Below are positions 59,197 to 64,000 of a DNA stretch of 64,000 nucleotides, in pieces. The first letter of the stretch is position 1. Every line of letters begins with the position of its first letter. The notes beneath the pieces are model-generated. The model saw only the letters and a program-made list of their open reading frames with translations. It was not told the DNA's origin and did not search any database. The position numbers were made by a program, and so were the translations under genes. The stretch is from Podarcis muralis (lineage: Eukaryota), in contig NC_135667.1 of assembly GCF_964188315.1 (NCBI RefSeq), positions 26,040,001-26,104,000 on the forward strand, written 5' to 3'.

Positions 59197-60450
59197 TTGG
59201 TCGCACTGGTTGATGATCTCCGGCGGGCTAGGGACAAAGGTGAGAGCTGTTTCCTAGTTCTGCTGGATCTCTCAGCGGTGTTTGATACCATCGACCATAA
59301 CATCCTTCTGGACCGTCTTGAGGGGCTGGGAGCTGGGGGCACTGTCATACAGTGGTTCCGCTCCTTCCTCCTGGGCCGTGTTCAGAAAGTGGTGGTGGGG
59401 GATGAGTGTTCAGACCCCTGGGCTCTCACTTGTGGGGTGCCTCGGGGTTCTGTCCTCTCCCCCATGCTTTTCAACATTTACATGCAGCCACTGGGAGAGA
59501 TCATCAGGAGGTTTGGGCTGGGTGTTCATTAGTATGCGGATGATACCCAGCTCTACCTCTCTTTTAAATCAGAACCAGTGAGGGCGGTGAAGGTCCTGTG
59601 TGAGTGTCTGGAGGCGGTTGGAGGATGGATGGCGGCTAACAGATTGAGGTTGAATCCTGACAAGACAGAAGTACTGTTTTGGGGGGACAGGAGGCGGGCA
59701 GGTGTGGAGGATTCCCTGGTCCTGAATGGGGTAACTGTGCCCCTGAAGGACCAGGTGCGCAGCCTGGGAGTCATTTTGGACTCACAGCTGTCCATGGAGG
59801 CACAGGTCAAATCTGTATCCAGGGCAGCTGTTTACCAGCTCCATCTGGTACGTAGGCTGAGACCCTATCTGCCTGCGGACTGTCTCGCCAGAGTGGTGCA
59901 TGCTCTGGTTATCTCCCGCTTGGACTACTGCAATGCGCTCTACGTGGGGCTACCTTTGAAGGTGACTCGGAAACTACAGAATGCGGCAGCTAGACTGGTG
60001 ACTGGGAGCGGCCGCCGAGACCATATAACACCGGTCTTGAAAGACTTGCATTGGCTCCCAGTACGTTTCCGAGCACAATTCAAAGTGTTGGTGCTGACCT
60101 TTAAAGCCCTAAACGGCCTCGGTCCAGTATATCTGAAGGAGCGTCTCCTCCCCCATCGTTCTGCCCAGACACTGAGGTCCAGTTCCGAGGGCCTTCTGGC
60201 GGTTCCCTCACTGCGAGAGGCCAAGTCACAGGGAACCAGGCAGAGGGCCTTCTCGGTAGTGGCGCCCGCCCTGTGGAATGCCCTCCCATCAGATGTCAAA
60301 GCGATAAACAACTACCTGACATTCAGAATACATCTGGGAAGTTCAGGGAAGTTTTTAATATGTGACATTTTAGTTTATTTTTCATCTTTGTTGGAAGCTG
60401 CCCAGAGTGGCTGGGGAAACCCAGCCAGATGGGCGGGGTACAAATAATAA

Positions 60451-60500
<50 letters not shown>
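59197..60500 (+). mobile_element. 5'-truncated L2-clade LINE (RT C-terminal half), inactivated
   Basis: LVLLDLSAVFDTIDH, GVPRGSVLSP, H*YADDTQLY (stop at 59530-59532), ISRLDYCN, LHWLP, long (ATT)n tail at 60446-60500. Confidence 0.92.
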
Positions 60501-60501
<1 letters not shown>

Positions 60502-60686
60502 GAGAATATAATGACTTGCGTAAACAATGGGTTTTGTATCATTCTGCCCCACCTACGGGGCAGTTAGATACATTGGATGAGGCACTTTGATGCAAAGCGT
60601 AAATTGTATGAGAATGGTAATTATTTACAAAAATATAATAAAAAAACAATTTTTACTGTGAGAGATCATAATCAGCCTTACAATTT

Positions 60687-61037
60687 CAGATAGGTAGCCG
60701 TGTTGGTCTGCCATAGTCAAAACAAAAAAAATTCCTTCCAGTAGCACCTTAAAGACCAACTAAGTTAGTTCTTGGTATGAGCTTTCGTGTGCATGCACAC
60801 TTCTTCAGATACACTGAAACAGAAGTTGCCAGATCCTTCTATATAGTGAGAAGATGGGGAGGGGTACTACTCAGAAGGGTGGTGGGAATGGGTGATTGGC
60901 AGATAGCTGTGATGAGCCTGTTGATGACTCTTAACGACTGCAATAGGTCTTACAGGAAAAAGCAAGGGGTGAGAAGGTGAAAAATGGCTTTGTCATGTAT
61001 AATGAGATAAGAATCCAATGTCTTTGTTCAGACCAAT
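60687..61037 (-). mobile_element. Penelope-like retroelement 3' fragment
   Basis: The minus strand encodes the PLE C-terminus GLNKDIGFLSHYT*. Terminal GGTAGCCGTGTTGGTCTG...AGCACCTTAAAGACCAAC block. 13-bp TSD AGCCTTACAATTT (60674-60686, 61038-61050). Confidence 0.85.
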
Positions 61038-61521
61038 AGCCTTACAATTTGTTACTTAAAATCTAAATTAAGTATCAAAACTAACAGTGTCTCACACATA
61101 TCATAGACTCTATGGAAGGTTTTCTTAACAAAAGATCAAAACAAAATATAAGCCACACCCGAATATAATCTACATCTTTAAAATTCAAGGGGGGGGGGGG
61201 ACGACAATATCCAAATATAAGTTGCTCCCTTAAAATTCCACAGGCACTTACAGCCATTCCGTTTTATCGTGTGTCTGTAATATCATTAAAGCCAATTTTT
61301 GTAAGGTCATGAATTTAAGTTGCACTTTAACTTTTCATGGACGGAATTTGGGGGGAAAGCGAGGCTTATAGGCCAAGACGGGAGATACACAGGCGCGCGC
61401 GCGCGCACACACACACACACACTCTGGTATATATAACAACAACAGCTGTAGCACAACTATTATCACTTCCACAATAAACATTTATTATAAACAAAGGACA
61501 GTACATAGAATGTTGCTTCTT

Positions 61522-62487
61522 TTACACATTCACAAGCTTCTTAGCAGTTGTTTTGCATGATACAAGGCTACCAATATTATTTCTCAAGGCATTTTGCACT
61601 TCTTTGTTTCTCAGGCTGTATATAAATGGGTTGGCCAGAGGGGGCAAAACTAAATACAAGAGAGAGGAAAATTTTTGCATCTCTCTGCTGCCTTCCCCCT
61701 TTGGTAACATATACACAATCATTAGTGAACCATAAAAGATCGAAACCACAATCAAGTGAGAGGAGCAGGTGGAAAAGGCCTTTTGCCTCCCTGTGGTGGA
61801 AGGGATTTTCAAGATGGCAACAATTATATATACATAAGATGTTAAAGTTACAACAAAAGGAGGAAGTATTAATATGGCATCCAAAAACAAACCCAACATT
61901 TCTATCAAGCTGGTGTCACTGCAAGAGAGCTTAAGAAGTGGGAAATAATCACAAATGAAATGATTAATTTCATTGGGGCCACAAAACGTTAACTGTAGCA
62001 TTAGACTGAGTAATATAGAAAACCCTATAAAGCTACTGAGCCAAGATGCAGCCGCTAAATGGATACAAGCCTGGGTGTTCATGGTTGTAAAATAATGCAA
62101 TGGTTTGCTGATTGCTAGGTACCTATCATAAGACATCACACCAAGTAAACAGCATTCTGTAGCTAGTAAGGAACCACAGAAGTACCACTGCATCAAACAG
62201 CTGGTGACAGAAAGGCTTCCATCTCCGGTAGAGAGAGATGAAAGCATCCATGGAAATATATAGGAGCTGTAGCAAGCCTCCAGGAAGGATAGGTTCCCCA
62301 GGAAGAAATACATAGGGGTGTGAAGATGCTGGTTAAAAATAACAGCAGCAACAATGAGAATGTTTCCTGTCATGATCACAACGTAAATCACTAGAAATGT
62401 GAGGAAGAGAAATGTCTGCACTTCATGGAATTCCACAAATCCCAGGAGGATGAATTCCTCAATCTTTGACTGGTTTTCCAACTTCAT
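61522..62487 (-). CDS. Olfactory receptor F, 321 aa, open frame but with substitutions at conserved sites
   Basis: OR motifs present. Variants: FPWML, YLAISKPL, HFICDY. Confidence 0.9.
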   Translation of the reverse strand: MKLENQSKIEEFILLGFVEFHEVQTFLFLTFLVIYVVIMTGNILIVAAVIFNQHLHTPMYFFLGNLSFLEACYSSYIFPWMLSSLSTGDGSLSVTSCLMQWYFCGSLLATECCLLGVMSYDRYLAISKPLHYFTTMNTQACIHLAAASWLSSFIGFSILLSLMLQLTFCGPNEINHFICDYFPLLKLSCSDTSLIEMLGLFLDAILILPPFVVTLTSYVYIIVAILKIPSTTGRQKAFSTCSSHLIVVSIFYGSLMIVYMLPKGEGSREMQKFSSLLYLVLPPLANPFIYSLRNKEVQNALRNNIGSLVSCKTTAKKLVNV

Positions 62488-62610
62488 CTACTTGAGATAT
62501 GTTAGATCCTGTTGAAAAAAGGAATAACAAAAAACAGAAATAATTGAGGAGTCAATTGTCACATTAGTGCAAGAGGTTTGAGAGCTGATGTTGTCACTCA
62601 ACTCTTTTGG

Positions 62611-63330
62611 TGTAGCAGCGTTGCATCCACTGGGTCCCTGATGACGAACCATGCCTTCAGTGCCCCTACCTCCTATCAGGAGCCAGATCCTGGCCTGCAC
62701 CCTTCTTTGGCGAATGGGACTCAGGCTCAGGTCCGCCCCCTGGCTGTTTAAGCAGCCCACACTTGGGGCACTATCTACTTTTTCCTTCGTCGGGTTTTCC
62801 ACCCGCCCACCCTCTGTTTAAGCTGTTAGTCAAGGAATTTGCTGTGGTTACAGTGGTAGCCATTCTTTACAGGGACATATAGGAATTTGTCCACTGGGCA
62901 AATTGGGCCTGACCCAGGGATTTTGCCTACCTCATAGCAATCGTCACATTGGGTTGGGCACTGGGGCAATCTGTTGTCTTGGATGGACGGGAGGTTGTAG
63001 TCTCCACCTGCCCCTCTAAATTCTGGGATACCTCACTAAAGGGATCTGGGGGAAGTGGTCATGTTCGCGTGCCCAGGTGGGGCCAGAGCCAAAGGCACTC
63101 CCACAGACACTGGTCCCTATGGGGGTAATCTTACTTGATGTACGTCTTAGGAATCCCTGCCTGGGTTGACCAACGTGTCACTTCCAGTGGACACGTTGGA
63201 AGTATTTTGATTGCCCCATGCCCAAGCCAAACCTCTTTCATCTGTATTCAATAAAGTTGTGACCTGTTTGGATCCAACCAGTCTTAATGCTCTCTTATTT
63301 ATCTATGTTGGGGACATTGGAGACCGACCC
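62611..63330 (+). mobile_element. LTR-like repeat inserted just upstream of OR-F
   Basis: Homology to the OR-E upstream region stops at about 62597 (GAGAGCTGATGTTGTCA). The element starts TGTAGC, has AATAAAGTTGTG at 63250 and shares a core with 6726-6797. Confidence 0.5.
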
Positions 63331-64000
63331 CTGGACCTGCAAGTCATTGAGCTTGTGTATTAGTATCATTGAATATAGTGACCACAGTTCGTCTTGGGGT
63401 TGTGCACTGATTTGGCTGTTATGCTACACCACAGATGTACTGTTATATTGTCAGGTAGTAAAAAAGCTAAAGCAAGGATTTGTCAGTGGAGAAAGCATTA
63501 GTGAAACATCACCTAACATATCTTCCTGTAAACTTTTTAATCATGATGATGCATACTCAGATAATAACAACAACAACATCCCTACCTCTTTGCTCATATG
63601 AAGAAATTTATTTCATCATTTATTAAACATAAAATTCTTTTTAATAATTAGCCTATAATATTTGAAAACTAATGAGGTGTTTTTCCTCTAACAATTGATT
63701 CATGCCTCTATGCTTCTAACATTTAGAAAACTTTTCTGAAGCCCTAAATTTATTTACAGGGAATTTATATAATGGGGGGCAGGGATAATAGTTTTCTTCA
63801 GGTATCAGTCTTCCTCTTTTAATGACTTTGTTCAGGTTTTGGGTTTTTTGGAACCAATGATCAACACTATGAATATTAAATATAGGTGTAGAAAACAAAA
63901 CAAAATAGTAATTGATAACTTGTGAAGTGGTGGAGTACTGCAGTTCCTCTAAGTGTTTAGAGAGAACAGAAATTAATTTCAAATTTCATCACAAGCATTC

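Noticed and set aside
59940-60311. 123-aa minus-strand ORF (similar one at 56010-56303)
   Set aside because: Antisense to the L2 RT frame and shared only because both are L2 copies.
1-64000. CRISPR arrays, operons or other prokaryotic systems
   Set aside because: No repeat-spacer arrays or bacterial-type genes. All long ORFs are vertebrate ORs or retroelement proteins.

Overview
Eukaryotic genomic DNA from a squamate reptile, most likely a lacertid lizard (inferred from Sauria-type SINEs, RTE-BovB, Squam3-like SINEs, L2 and Penelope relics). The window is part of a class II (gamma) olfactory receptor cluster. It has nine intact single-exon OR ORFs: one OR14-like gene at 11.7-12.6 kb, and eight related OR6/OR11-like genes here labelled A, B1-B3 and C-F. 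It also has one 5'-truncated OR copy (A'). The segment 17.97-40.68 kb is a recent, nested tandem duplication with readable microhomology junctions. Across its three copies one site is seen empty, SINE-filled, and SINE plus a young non-autonomous Ty1/copia element. Other features are a near full-length but internally deleted BovB with TSD, a BovB insertion with twin-priming geometry, many Tc1/mariner-type MITEs, a hAT MITE and LTR-like repeats. The most interesting non-repeat signals are an exact copy of the mammalian OR-enhancer 13-mer AACTTTTTAATGA inside a homeodomain/O-E-like site cluster at 1.3-1.6 kb, and an octamer (GAAGCAAC) kept next to the stop codon of all A-F genes. There are no prokaryotic features, CRISPR arrays or rRNA genes. 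All family names come from motif recognition, not database searches.
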